Shown piece after piece: positions 48,221-61,587 of a DNA stretch of 64,000 bases. A program made the translations under genes and the position numbers. The notes beneath the pieces are model-generated. The model was not told the origin of the DNA and did not search any database. It saw only the letters and a list, made by a program, of their open reading frames with translations. Source of the stretch: Eledone cirrhosa (Eukaryota); NCBI GenBank assembly GCA_964016885.1, contig OZ024754.1, positions 34,286,001 to 34,350,000 on the forward strand, given 5' to 3'. The first letter of the stretch is position 1; each line of letters opens with the position of its first letter.

Positions 48221-50183
48221 AACTGATAAAATCCTGATTGATCTCTCTCTCTCTTCATATATATATATGCATACACACATGTGCATCTGTGTGTAAATAT
48301 TTGTCTTTTCACAATCAACATTGCAGGCAGTAATATTTATTTACGAGATTCGGTGTGAAGATCAGTACCTCATTTAAAAATCAAGGGTTGGTGTCAAGAA
48401 AAGCATCCGGCCATCGAATCCTGCCTTAATAGGTTTCATCCAACCCATGCCAGCATGATGATAATGTATACATATCAAAAGTGGAGGTGAGATATTTGAT
48501 TTCAGAAACAACAACCAAAAGAATGTCTTTGATTAATTTTATTTTATTTTTGTAAACTTGGAGGTGAAACAAAAATGCAATATTTCAGAGAGACACCATT
48601 TTTGTGGTATAACACTTCCAGAAAATATAAATTAAAAATACACCTGAAGGAAGATGTTAAATTATAGAAAATCATTATTGGTGGAAGGCTTTTTCTGCTT
48701 CGATTAAATGACAGAATATCTATTACAATCTTTGTGTCTACCCAATGTTAATGGTATCAAGTATTTCTCACAAACACTTACTAGTTTGAGAGGGACACTG
48801 AGCTAGGTAAGAGTTTCAATTTGTGTTTTCTTTACACACAAATTTCAGGATGCTTAATGACTAGTAAACGGGTGTAATCAGCTTGTGTGTACTAACAATC
48901 ATATCAACTCCATGCCACTAGTTTCTTACTATTCAACATATTCTGATCACTGTAATTTAACTATTGTAAGAGGTGGTTAAAAGAATTGGCACCAGAAAGG
49001 GTATCAGGTTCCCATGTCATGAGGTCTGTAAGTCAAACCCCCTGCTTTAGTAAGGGAAATGATTTTAAAATGCATCTTGTAATTTGATTAGCCTTTCGCT
49101 TAGACAACAGCAGCAGTGTGGAGAGGGGAGACCGATATGCATGGGTAACTCCTTGCCTTCCACAAACTACTCTGCCTAGGAGGGAGAACTTTCTAGATGT
49201 AAATCTCATGGTCATTTGTGATCGAAGGGCGTCCTCTACTCTATAGTTTGTGAAAGCATGGTACTACTGCTCCCATCTATTCCTCAAAGTACTACCAAAC
49301 TATTCAACCCTCTCCCAACTACTTCCTTCTAATTCGAAACCAAACTGCTATTCAGTGTATGTAAATCATGTGAAGCCTTACTGAGGCCATAAGTGCATGC
49401 TATTGTGCTTATTCATTCATACATCTATGTTGGTTGCAGTGACAACAATATCAAAGTAAATACATGCAAATACGTATGTGTGTGTGTGTGTGTATATATA
49501 TGTGGCTTAGCAGTCAATATGGGCTTACAATTGTAAGGTTGTGAGTTTGATTCCTGCACTGGATGTTGCATTGTGCCCTTGAGCAAGACACTTTATCACA
49601 TTGTTCAAGTCAACTCAGCTGGAAAAAAATGAATTGTATCTGTAATTCAAGGAGCCAGCCGTGTCAGGCTGAATCCCTGTGAATTATATTAAGGATACAT
49701 GTGTCTGTAGAATGCTCAGCCACTTGCCCATTCATTTCATGTTGATCAAACAATTGGAACAGTTGTCATTGAAACTAACAGAGGTCCAGCATATAATTAC
49801 TTGAATAATTGTACATATGAACATTAACTCAACAAGCACTCAATACATAGAAGTAGAGTATAGATATAGAGTTTATTTTACAAAGAAAAATATTGGCAGC
49901 GACAGAAGTTTCAATTGTAATAAACCTTGTCTGATTGCAATTGTAGTTATGATAGGAAGTATATGCTTGGGCCTGGTTAGTTGCTATGGGGTTAGCTCAA
50001 ATCAAGCATATAAACAGTTCCTATCAAGACAACAGCAGCAGTTTAATGAAGTCCATTACAGCTTTTAAGTCAGTGTCAACCTTTTTCTTTTTAAATGATT
50101 GGCTGAATATACACATTTTTTTTCTCAGTTTGTTCCTCTTCTCACTCTCTATCTTTCTATTTCATCTTTTATTTCTCATTTTA

Positions 50184-50219
50184 TCTTCTGATGAAGGACT
50201 AGTGCCTGAAACGTTAAGA
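50184..50219 (+). ncRNA. Minimal type I hammerhead ribozyme motif (Penelope-like)
   Basis: TCTT-CTGATGA-AGG(actagtg)CCT-GAAA-CG-TT-AAGA gives intact core boxes, 3-bp stem II, palindromic ACGT stem III and 4-bp stem I. Confidence 0.6.
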
Positions 50220-52499
50220 CTCTTGTGTGTGTGTGTGTATATATATAATCAATTTCAGTTCACTTTACATGCTGGCATGGCCTGAACAGGTTGTCAACCC
50301 AAGACCAGATAGGTCAGAGTGATCAATCTTGCTCATTACATTCCGTATCTGGCATATTTTCTATTATTGAATGTCCTTCCTTACACCAAACACCTTACAA
50401 TATGTACTGTATTTTTTGTGACACTAGTGCTACCACTTTACAGAGTGAGCTGAGTGCACTAGAGAAGTTGCCACATGTTAGGCCAGACTGACGCGTCCCC
50501 TTAGATCCTATATTTTCTGTTCAATTGCCAACCATTAGCCTCTGGTCTCTCCTCACCACATTTACATTTAGTGTTGTGGTGCTTGTTCTGGTGGATGTGT
50601 TTTTTGTATTATAGCATATCACATGCCAACTTAGCCCTCTGTCATCTCCTATATAATATACACACACACAGCTTTAATGTATATGTTTATATTTGTTCTG
50701 CATATATTTCTCGTTGTGAATGTGGCTGGCTTGATTAACAATATAAAACTATTGTTCTTAAAGCTGGATGAAAGTTTATATTTAATACTAGCCACCAATA
50801 CTTATGTGGGAGAAAACTGAAACAAACAAAGTCAAATACTTTGTTTGGGAGACACAGCATATTGGCTGAAATGTGTTTTCAACTAAATAAGGATAAAAAG
50901 GATTAGAAATTTAAAAAGAAAATTCTGGAAGCTTTTAAGTTCTACATATGTTTCATTTTCAATTCAGTTGTCGTTATTCCAATATTTAACAAAAAAAAAA
51001 CAACAATTATTAGCAATTTGTTATGAAAACTAAACCAAATACTAAAAGCTGAATTATAAGAAATTACCTGAGTATAATAAATCTAATCTAAGTTAATAAA
51101 TGTAATAATTATACATGGTTGTTTAGTTATTTTGATTGATATAAATTGACTATACAATTTCAAAAGCAGATTGCTTTAAAGATTCCTGGATAATGTAACT
51201 TCTAAATCCATTTGTCTAAGTTGTTCAAGTTACAGTTACCAAAGTTATCACAGACTTTTTTGAGAATATTAGAGAAACTAGATTGATCCTGTTTAAAATA
51301 TATCAATAAATACAGAGCCATCAGTATGTCTCCAATGAAAAACACTGTCCTTGTAAATAAATGACAAATAGTCAGATTAAGTTTAACTCTTTCAACACTA
51401 TCTCATCCTAAAATTGCCTCTATTAAAATATTCAAATTTTAAATTCAAATCTTGGATTGAAATTTCATTATTACATGACATATAATATTAGATTTGATTG
51501 GGTAAACATTTGTCTTTGATTACCATGTTGAAAGTTAATTATTTCACCAAACCTCCCTTAATTAATTCTCGATTATTTTAAAAATTAAAACACAAAGGCA
51601 GAATATATTCTTGTTAGAAATATGGTCAGAAAATGGTTAATCAGAGGAACATTTTATCAAAGAAATCACTACAACAACTTCAAAATGTGTTGAGGGATAA
51701 TTTGACTTGTGCTCAGTTAGGTTTGCTAGTGACGGAAGGGGAAAAAATAATAGGATATTATATTTAATGGTGATCAACAAAGAGATACAAGTAATAAATT
51801 GCATGGCTTAAATTCAATTAAGAACCATCTTTCACATTGAAAAGATTTAAAAATAAAAATGATCATGTAACATTTTAAGTGAAAACAATTTGTATATATT
51901 TTGTAAAGAATATATTTTCTTGCAGAGGCATTAAAGCAGTTGGCTTTTAAATGGAAGGAAAATACCAATCGTGATGGTCTTATTTCATCCAAAATGGAAA
52001 TAATATGCGACCTGGGAAACAAAATTTGGTAGCATATAGAGTGTTTGTGTATGTACACACACAGATATATATATATATATATGGTGATTCAGTAGATTTG
52101 TGGTTTGCTGAGGAAAGTACCAATATCAGCACTCTATGCTATAGCAGAGTGTGTACATTAAGAAGAACCAAAACAAGGTTTCACATTAAGGTTCTTATTG
52201 ATTAAGCTCAGTTATGAATGTGTCATAGATGGGGACTAAAGATTCATTTTGTGTTATAGACCCAACTACAGCCCCAATCTACTCATCAGACTTGTTAATC
52301 TCATCTGAGCATAATCAATAATCCTTGTTTGTTCTTTCTCTCTCTCTATATATATACCAAGCATGTTAAAAATATTTGTAAAATACATCAAAATATTTGA
52401 ATAGATTTTGAATAAAATCTGCTTCACAAGATAAGTGTTATCTGCAATAAAGCACAGGATAGAATTTACAATTGCTCATTAACTTTCATAGAGGGTGGT

Positions 52500-52502
<3 letters not shown>

Positions 52503-52585
<83 letters not shown>

Positions 52586-53176
52586 CAATGAAATCTGAGT
52601 GAAGTCAAACTGATTATATAATATTTAAATTTAAATAAAAAGAAGCAGAGTTAATTCGTAAAATAAAATTGAAAATTTATAAAGAATTTAAACTTGAATT
52701 AGGAAAAAAAAATATGTACATATGTGCAAACTAGGTCAGTTAATTATATATACATATGCATATATACATATATACACATGCATATATATATATATATACA
52801 TATATACATGCATATAAATAAATATATATATTCATATATATATATATATATACATATATACATGCATATAAATAAATATATATCTTCATATACATACATA
52901 TACATATACACATGCATATATATATATATGCGTACATACATATACATATACACATGCATATATATATATATGTATGCATATCATCATCATCATTATCGTT
53001 TAACGTCCATCTTCCACGCATGCATATATATATATATAAATATGCATAAATATATAAATATATGCAATATATATATATATATATATTGTTAAATTCACAA
53101 TTTCATTTCAAAAACCTTGCAAAACAAATACATACATATACATGTATATAAAATTATAAACACACACATACACTTA

Positions 53177-53213
<37 letters not shown>

Positions 53214-53230
53214 GATATATATATACACAT
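52503..53230. repeat. (TA)n and (TA/CA)n microsatellite region
   Basis: Direct reading. Confidence 0.85.
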
Positions 53231-53466
53231 GCATATATTCTATAAAGAATGTTATAACGTTTGATAATAATTCATCTGTATTTTAATAAATATGTGCATC
53301 CTTCAGTTACAAACTTGAAGCACACACTCATATATATATCAAGAAAGCAGGTAAATTCATTTGAATGATATAATATAATAATTATTCCTCTGAACATAAA
53401 CAAGAAGATCAGTATCCAGGAATAAAAATTAAGTTAGAAATATCTTACAATCTTGTTTATTTAGCT

Positions 53467-53668
53467 ACTGCCATATATACTCAAATATAAGCTGACTCCC
53501 ATTATTTTATGTCTGAGAAATGGACAAAAATCCAAACCCCATTTATCAGCCAATGCAGCTAATCAACACATAGTGTAGATGGCGTATATAAGCCGACATC
53601 CCTCCGCCATTTTACTATTGGTTATTTGGTCACATGTTCCATTGGCTTATATTCGAGTATATACAGTA
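53467..53668. mobile_element. pogo/Tigger-like MITE
   Basis: TIRs tactg..atatatactcaaatataagc / gcttatattcgagtatatacagta. Confidence 0.65.
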
Positions 53669-56084
53669 AGTAATGTGAAGAAGTGATAAAAAAAAAAAAA
53701 AAATTAAATAAATATAAAAATATTTGAAAGCTTTACAGCACCAAGTTAAATAAATATTCTGAGGAGTAGAGTTTATTCCTACCATGGTAGAACATGACTA
53801 GAACCAAGAAATTGAAAAAATAAAATAAAAATATAATCAAACCAAATCAAAAACTTTATCCATACATATTGTCCCTAAATTATATTATTATTGTGTTTTG
53901 GATTTAACAACATCTGGAACTAAAAAGTCTTTTCTTAGAGAAAGCCATTTCCTATGTGGAGTTTAAACTTTTAGCCTCCTGTCATGATTTAGCTGAAAAT
54001 ATCTAAAAAAATAAAACAGGTTTGTTAAGTTAAATGTTTATAGTATTTTGAAATTTCCAATCTTTAATGTGATGCAGTCCTACTACTGTTTTGTACTTTT
54101 CAATAATGTCTTGCTAATATTGTTTCATGTGATTTGTTAATTCAAACGTTTTTACTATCTTTACTGATGGACAGATTGTTGTAAAAATTAACAGTATTAA
54201 AGGAAAGACTTTCATTTTTTTTATGTGATGCAGTCATAATACTTTTTTGTACTTTTTCAAGAATGTCTTCTTAATGTTGTTTTATTTTATTGAGTATAGA
54301 TTGTCAGTATTGGTAAAAGAAAGAAACAAATAAAACTCAGTTTCTTTGTTAGATTTGAAGTCTGAGAGTTATGTGTAATGGGAAATGAGAAGCTGAGGTG
54401 ATCATCTCATTCCGAGGATTAATTTTAACAGAATTGAAACTGAAGGTGGATGACAGATATCTTCATCATTGTTTTAACATCCGCTTTCCCTGCTAGCAAG
54501 GGTTGAATAGGTCTACATAGACAAAGTCAGTACTGAAGGAGAGGCACTCCCAGACAGGCCAGGGATCTGTGTCTCACTTATGTATGATCTCGTAGAAAAA
54601 AACTCATGCTGCACTGCCAACTAACAATAATTATTCTAATTTAGGCAGAAGGCCAGTAAATTTGGGGAAGAGTAAAGCTGATTAAATCAACCCAAGTACA
54701 TAACTGGTACATTATTTTGTCAACCCCAGAAGGATGAAAGGCAAAGTTGACATCAGTTGGATTTGAACTTGGAATATAAAGAACCAGAACAAATTTCACA
54801 AAACATTTTATCAACGCTCTAACAATTCTGCCAATTCACCACTCTGAACTGACAAGTAATAATGGTTTCTGATTTAGGTAGAAGGCCAACAATTTGGGGG
54901 GAAGGGAAAGTTGATTAAACCCCAGTGTGTTACTGGTATTTCAAGGATGGAAAGGCAAAGCTAACCATGGCAGGATTTGAACTCAGTAACTGACAGACTT
55001 AATAATATCTCAGAGTTATAACAAATGAATAAAGGAGAAGCAGATTATGATGATGATGATAATGATTATCATCTTCATCGAAGTCATTAGCAACAAGTGA
55101 AATAATTCTAATTTAGAATCAAAACTGAATTGCAGACTTGGTTTTTCAAAAGATGTACTGACATATCAGTACTACCACTGTCAAATGACTATAAATATTT
55201 CTTAATTTAAATAGATATGAAATATTAAGAAGTAGTGGTTATCATTCATTTACTACAGCAGGGGTAGGGAACCTATGAACTGGAGGCTGTATGTGGCTGT
55301 CTGAAAGACTAAGTGTGGCCTTCTGAAAGAAGCAGACTCTTCATATTGAAATATATTTTAAGTGATTTCATTTTAATTAACCTTCAGCATGCTGAATTTT
55401 TTTATGAATTGCTTCCCTTGACACTGCATTATGTATTAAGGGGAGATTATTCTGTTGGCTACACATGGCGCCTAGAGTGCACAGAAGGTTAATATTTGTC
55501 TTTCCAACTGATTTTGATTCATAGAAAAAAAAAAAGCAAAAAAAAAAAACAACATATTTCTTTATTTACATTTGTAATTATATTTTTAAAAGTAAGTGAA
55601 GTTTAATGAGACATTATTATTTCAAAATGTGGCCTCACTGAAAGTCAGTTAATTTTTATGCAGACTTCCGACATAAAAAGGTCCCCTATCCATGGTCAAT
55701 AGTAACATAAGAAAAAAAAAACTATTAACATCAGAAAATAAAATATTAATGGCAGAAACAAAGCTTTTTTCCTCTTAAAAAAACAAAACAAACAAAACAA
55801 AAAGGAACAAATAAGGTAGCTGAAAGTAAAACCCCACTTCAAATAACCCTTACTCAAAAACTCCACTTCAAATGATCCTTACTCAAAAATTTCACTTCAA
55901 ATGACCTTTACTCAAAAACTTCACTTCAAATGATCTTCACTCCAATTTCAAATTAATAACAAATTACAGGGAAAATAACAAAAACAACCCCACCTCCCCG
56001 AAGCTGTTGAGACTTGAATTGTAGTAGGGAAAAAAATTATTTTTTAAGTGAGAAACCTTAGAATTCTATTCAATTCCATTGGTT

Positions 56085-56234
56085 TCAGGATGTCTTTAAA
56101 GAGCCAACAAGTTCAACTAAAGCAATGGCACGGTTATAATCGTCAGAGTCTTCTTCTAAACATTTTATAACTTGGTTTAGCAGCTGGGAAATGGCTGGCA
56201 CAGAACAGTCTGGAGTATGGAGAGAAGTGATATC
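56085..56234 (-). CDS. RAB3GAP2: RAB3GAP2 terminal exon
   Basis: DITSLHTPDCSVPAISQLLNQVIKCLEEDSDDYNRAIALVELVGSLKTS* aligns by eye with the RAB3GAP2 C-terminus. ttatccag acceptor, phase 0. Confidence 0.85.
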   Translation of the reverse strand, partial: DITSLHTPDCSVPAISQLLNQVIKCLEEDSDDYNRAIALVELVGSLKTS

Positions 56235-56279
56235 CTGGATAATGAACAAAAAAATATATAAATAAATAATAATAATAAT

Positions 56280-56815
56280 GGTTTCTTATATAGGCACACA
56301 CAAGGCCATCAATTTTGGGGGAAGGGAAAGTCCCTTAAGTCGATCCCATGTGTGTGATTGGTACTTTATTTTATCAACCCCGTAAGGATGAAAGGCAAAG
56401 TTAACTTCGGTGGGATTTGAAGTCAGATCATAAAGGGATGTAACACTATGTTGCAAAGCGCATGGAGTCCAACCCTCAACCGATACTGCCAATCCACCGC
56501 CCTTAATAATAATAATTGTTTCTACGTTAGGCACAAGGCCAGCAATTACCCAGTGTATTACTGGTACTTTATTTTATCAACCCCGTAAGGATGAAAGGCA
56601 AAGTTAACCTCGGCGGGATTTGAACTCAGAATGGCAAGGGCCGTAACTCTATACGTCAAAGCATGGCGTCCGACCCTCTACCAATACTGCCAATCCACCG
56701 CCTTATAATAATAATAATAGTTTCTGATTTAGGCACAAGGCCACCCACCCCCTTTTTTGGTGGTGGTGAGGGGGGTCGATTAAATGACCCCAGTGCTAAA
56801 CTGATACTTTATTTT
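56280..56815 (-). mobile_element. Tandem family-A SINEs (two full, one partial)
   Basis: Reverse complements of the family-A consensus separated by (AAT)n. Confidence 0.8.
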
Positions 56816-57539
56816 ACGACTTGATGAATAGAAAAACCAAAGCAAAACTACAGAGATGTAGGTGCAAACATGGTTGTGTCGCTAAGGAGTCTATTTAGCA
56901 TCCATATAGTTTAGGGTTCAGTCCCACTTCCTGACATCTTGAGCAAGTGTCTTCAACTATAGCACCATTTAACGTCTTCTCTCAGTTAGCAAGGATTGGA
57001 CAGGTTGTCGCTACTCCTCCCTTAGATGACCAATGATTGTGAAGGAGGAAATGTGTCAGTGCCTATGTTTACATCTGTGTCTGAATTTATGTCCTGTAAC
57101 TTAGCGATTTGACGAAAAGTACTGGGATTGATATGATGGAATGAAGGCAGTGCTTAAGTATTGCCAGAGTTTAATAACTGAAACCAGTAAAAGAATAATA
57201 GGGATCGAATCCAATAAAACTTGATGATTAAAGCTCATCTCTATTGAAAGCCTACGTCCTGTCCCCAAATTTTTCTTTTTCAACTAGTGATGGATTAAGG
57301 CATTGCTTGGACTATAACCAGGGATCCCTAAGGTCCCCAAATTATGTTTTTGCTCCCATAAATATTGTGCAAGAGCCCCAATGAAATTTTAAGTCAGGGG
57401 CTTCATACAAGTTTTATCTGACCCTACTTTTATCCCTGCACCAAATATCACACACAGGCATCAAATCATCATAAGTGTTGTTATTTTTACACCCTTCTTT
57501 TCCATGCTGGCATAGACTGGAACAAACTTTTTGAGGCAA

Positions 57540-57765
57540 TATTCAATGACCTTCAAATCTCTGAAGCCCAAAATAGATAAAGATCATCTAATTTGAGCAT
57601 GTAAACATTTCAGACTTTGTATTGAAGCAGTTATCAATGCTAATGGCGGATTTATTAATTAGATGTGTCATGAAGAGTCTCAAGATTATTCATGTCAATT
57701 TTTGTGTCAAATAAAGCACTTCTTTCGTGACTTAATGTTTCTTTTATTAAATTCATGCAAATGTA
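57540..57765 (+). mobile_element. Relic of a maT/Tc1-mariner 3' end
   Basis: ACKHFRLCIEAVINANGGFIN* parallels the C-terminus of the 34322-35206 element. Confidence 0.6.
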
Positions 57766-57789
57766 TTTTGCTACACACTATGCTATATA

Positions 57790-58062
57790 CCAGAAACATG
57801 CGGCCCGCAGGCTGCATGTGGCCTTTTACAAGAACATGTGGCCTGCGCAAAGATTTTTACAGCGCGAGCATGTTTTATCTTCGTAATATAAGATTTAAAA
57901 CATTAGTTGTAATGTGTGCAATTATTTGACGTGTGTGGCCCTCAGACAACACATATCTGACTCATGTGGCCCTCAGACAACACATATCTGACCCATGTGG
58001 CCCTCAGACAACACATATCTGACCCATGTGGCCCTCAGAGGATCCTTAGTTTGACATGCCTG
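57790..58062. mobile_element. hAT-like MITE with internal 31-bp tandem repeat (about 3.5 copies)
   Basis: gcggcccgcaggctgcatgtggcc ... agtttgacatgcctg ends. Unit atgtggccctcagacaacacatatctgaccc. Confidence 0.55.
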
Positions 58063-58409
58063 CTATATACTACACTGTACACCATGTTATATACAACACT
58101 ATCTACTATGCTTTATAATATGTATTCCATGCTATATACCATACTATACACCAGGGTTTCCCAAACGTTCTCAAACATGGAACCCTTTTTGGTTCAGAAA
58201 CTTTTGTTACATTGTCGTAATATAAATATACTCCTCTACCTTTTTTTCATTGAACCCCAGACATTCCTTTGCAGAAACCACTGCCATACACCATACTATA
58301 CACCAGCTTTGTCTGATCATCGTGAGATACTAATTGTTACTTGGAAAATAAAAGTGGGGAATGAGACAAATACTAGAAAAGGTTGAAAAACACTGCTATA
58401 GATGCTTAC

Positions 58410-58568
58410 CTGTTTTTTTAACCACTGTGAAAGTGAGGTGGTCATTGAAGCATATAAATCAAGAGATTTGGACGGATTCTGCTGTTCAATATAATAAACT
58501 ATTCTCTGACCTAACAATTCCAACAAGTTAGCACCAAGTTCTGGATCTAGGTTCATGGTTAACAACAC
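58410..58568 (-). CDS. RAB3GAP2: RAB3GAP2 exon
   Basis: VLLTMNLDPELGANLLELLGQRIVYY...SMTTSLSQWLKKQ. ttgtag acceptor and CAG|gtaagc donor. Confidence 0.88.
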
Positions 58569-58655
58569 CTACAACAAGACAACAAATACAAGTCATTGTA
58601 AAGAAAATATCATGTCATATCACAAAGTTATCATCGTCATTATCATCATCACTTT

Positions 58656-58860
58656 ATGAGGATCGGCTGAAAAGGTCATCGGCTAACCAAGATACTCTCA
58701 TGGAATGACCAAATGAGGTTTATTTTTCAACATAGTCTCTAGAAAGACTTATTAATCACTGCATTGTTTCTTTCCAGGGACTATGTTGAAAAATAAACCT
58801 CATTTGGTCATTCAGTGAGAGTATGTTGGTCAGCCTATGAACTTTTCAGTTGATCCTCGG
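58656..58860. mobile_element. mariner-derived MITE with about 85-bp TIRs
   Basis: Left and right about 85 bp are reverse complements. Same family as 40900-41085. Confidence 0.8.
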
Positions 58861-59194
58861 AGATCGCATTTGTACTTCTACTTACTGACACACTATTAAA
58901 GATTGTAGGGTAAATTTCAGCCCCTTTAAAATAGCATCCATGTAAGTGTCAACCCCATAAATTTACCCCCCCCCCCAAAAAAAAAAAGTATATATACAGT
59001 AGCTATTCTAAACTTTTATATGAGTATATATACAGTAGTTATTCTAAACTTGTATATGAGTAAATATACAGTAGCTATTCTAAACTTTTATACTCTATAT
59101 ATAGAGTAGCTATTCGGTAGCTACTCTAAACTAGATACAAACAGGATAAAGTAATTCACTGACTGAACAAAATAACTGTGTGATCAATACTTAC

Positions 59195-59455
59195 TTCTTC
59201 AGCAGTTTTGTCTAAACCTCTACAATAAAGCTCTCGTACATGATATATACGCAACTGGTCAACATCTTCCTCATATACTCTAGCAATCTCAATGATGAGG
59301 GACGGCCACTCTGCATTGCTTTCGTTCCAAGGCACAAATGTCATCTGTGTCGATTCTGGCACTGTTGCTGTCATAGAAGAAGACAAGTTTTCTTGCGACT
59401 GTTTGTCCTTCTTGGAGAAATCTTCCACTGACTGAGTGATCACTTTTTTGTAGAA
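59195..59455 (-). CDS. RAB3GAP2: RAB3GAP2 exon
   Basis: FYKKVITQSV...EWPSLIIEIARVYEEDVDQLRIYHVRELYCRGLDKTAEE. GAA|gtaagt donor. Confidence 0.9.
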
Positions 59456-59707
59456 CTGAAATATAAATGGAGAGAGAGAGAGAGAGAGTTAAAATCAGTG
59501 TTGCAGCATATGCACAAACTTTATTTGCATATTACAATTGTTTTAGTATTGATCAGCTGAGGGTAAAATAAAAAGAAAATCTCACAGAGTTGAGTTTTTA
59601 ACAATATATCTCTAAAATAAATAATAGTAAAGTCACTAAAATTACTTTTCCTTTTTATGAATTTAATTTTCTTTAAAATATTTTCTGAATATTGATTATA
59701 AAAAATG

Positions 59708-59742
<35 letters not shown>

Positions 59743-59754
59743 TTTCTATATTAA

Positions 59755-59945
59755 ATAATTGTTTCCACTTTTGGCACAGGGCCAGCAATTACCCAGTGCA
59801 TTACTGGTACTTTATTTTATCGACCCCATAAGGATGAAAGGCAAAGTTAACCTCAGCAGGATTTGAACTCAGACCGTAAAGGGCCGTAACTCTATGCTGC
59901 AAAGCATGGCGTCCAACCCTCTACCGATACTGTCAATCCACCGCA
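59755..59945 (-). mobile_element. Family-A SINE
   Basis: Near-identical to the reverse complement of 21518-21710. Confidence 0.8.
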
Positions 59946-60167
59946 TATATACACACACACACATATATATATATATACAGAGAGAGAGAGAGAGAGAAAT
60001 TTACTTGTATCTCTACCAAAACACAGCCAATGTATTTGCTATTAACTAAATGTGTGCACTCTGAACAGCTGCAGCTGCATTACTGCAATTCAGCAGATTC
60101 ATTGAGTGAGCTAGACGCTGGCTGGATGACTTTGAATTAATACCAGCGATCTTCATTACTTTTATTT

Positions 60168-60174
<7 letters not shown>

Positions 60175-60260
<86 letters not shown>
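60175..60260. repeat. (AG)n microsatellite
   Basis: Direct reading. Lies about 12 nt from a RAB3GAP2 donor site. Confidence 0.95.
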
Positions 60261-60264
<4 letters not shown>

Positions 60265-60272
60265 TAACCTAC

Positions 60273-60362
60273 CTTATTTCTCTCTGCAAGGAGGTTAGTG
60301 TCTTTGATTTTAGTGGGTAGAGCAGGGTGGGTGTGTAGGTCTTTGAAGAAAGAGTTCTGTCC
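60273..60362 (-). CDS. RAB3GAP2: RAB3GAP2 exon
   Basis: GQNSFFKDLHTHPALPTKIKDTNLLAERNK (G.N.FFKDL motif). AAG|gtaggt donor. Confidence 0.88.
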
Positions 60363-60619
60363 CTTGAAGTTGGAAACAACAAAAACGAAACAAATATATT
60401 CTTCATGAAATAGAAATAGCTTAATTTTCTTTTTAAATAAATCTTTAACAGACTTGAAAGCCCAACAAAAAAAAAAACAACCAATGTTTTTATCAAATGG
60501 GATTTCAAGTCTGATTTTCTAAAAAAAAAAAATCCTAATGCTTCTATAATCCCTTTAAAAATATTTAGCTGTGAATGTATATTTGAGATGTGACAACTCC
60601 GTGTTCATTTAGACAGGTG

Positions 60620-61052
60620 ACATCATCATCATTTAACATGTTTTCCATGCTAGCATGGGTTAGACGACGTGTTTCGTTATGAGACAAGCCACATCAGGTG
60701 ACTGTCTTGCTCATACAGAACTGACTTTTGTTTGGTTTCTATGGTTGGATGTCCTTCCTAATGCCAACCATATTTACAGTGTGGACTGGGTGCTTTTTAT
60801 CATGGCATCAAAATGTCTACCGTAGAGTGCTTTTTCATCGTGTCACCAATATGACCACTTTCCAGAGTGGACCAGGTGCTTTTTGTCATGTCACCAACAT
60901 GACCACTTTACAGGGCGGGCTGGGAGTTTTTTTTATGTCACCAATATGACCACTTTACAAGATGGACTGGGTGCTTTTTTGTCGTGTCACCAATATGACC
61001 TCTTTACAGGATGCATTGGGTACTCTTTTATCACGCCACCAACATGACCACT
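60620..61052 (-). mobile_element. SINE/LINE 3' tail with about 5 diverged tandem copies of a unit of about 50 bp
   Basis: Repeats of gactgggtgcttttt.tc.tgtcaccaa.atgaccactttacag next to the (CAT)n-catgctagcatgggttaga tail. Confidence 0.7.
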
Positions 61053-61374
61053 GGCAATGGAGTTTATTTATTAATTTATTTCATGTTGCTGACAAAACTT
61101 TACTGATGTGTTAAGAAAAATATTTTAAAAAAGTGTTGTGAATGTGAAAATTTTGGAAAGCTCTGGTTTAATTTTCAACATCTTGTATCACATGAAACCA
61201 CATTAGAAAAACATTCTTGAAAAATACTAAACATCATGAAAAATTGAAATATTTACTGTAATACTGCAATCTGTTCACTTGTAAAGATACTATAAACATT
61301 TGAATTAACACTCCTGTTTTTAAATATTTTTGACTAAATCTATAGGATGTTAAGAGCTGAGATGAGGTACTGAC

Positions 61375-61587
61375 CTTGCAATCAAAAAGAGAAAGAACTT
61401 TGATAGATTTCAAGCCAAACTTCAAGATGGCATACATAAACTGACAAAGCAGGTAATGGTGGAGCAACAAGCCATAATTTGTAGCTTTCTGGTCAACTGC
61501 CAGCTCTACCAGAGAAGCTGGTCCACGGATAGTTTGCCAGAGGGGTTCAATATTAAACACTGGGACTTCGTCTGCTTCGCAGTTCGC
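61375..61587 (-). CDS. RAB3GAP2: RAB3GAP2 exon (Rab3 GAP non-catalytic subunit; gene continues beyond the window)
   Basis: ANCEADEVPVFNIEPLWQTIRGPASLVELAVDQKATNYGLLLHHYLLCQFMYAILKFGLKSIKVLSLFDCK. tttcag acceptor and AAG|gtcagt donor. Confidence 0.92.
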
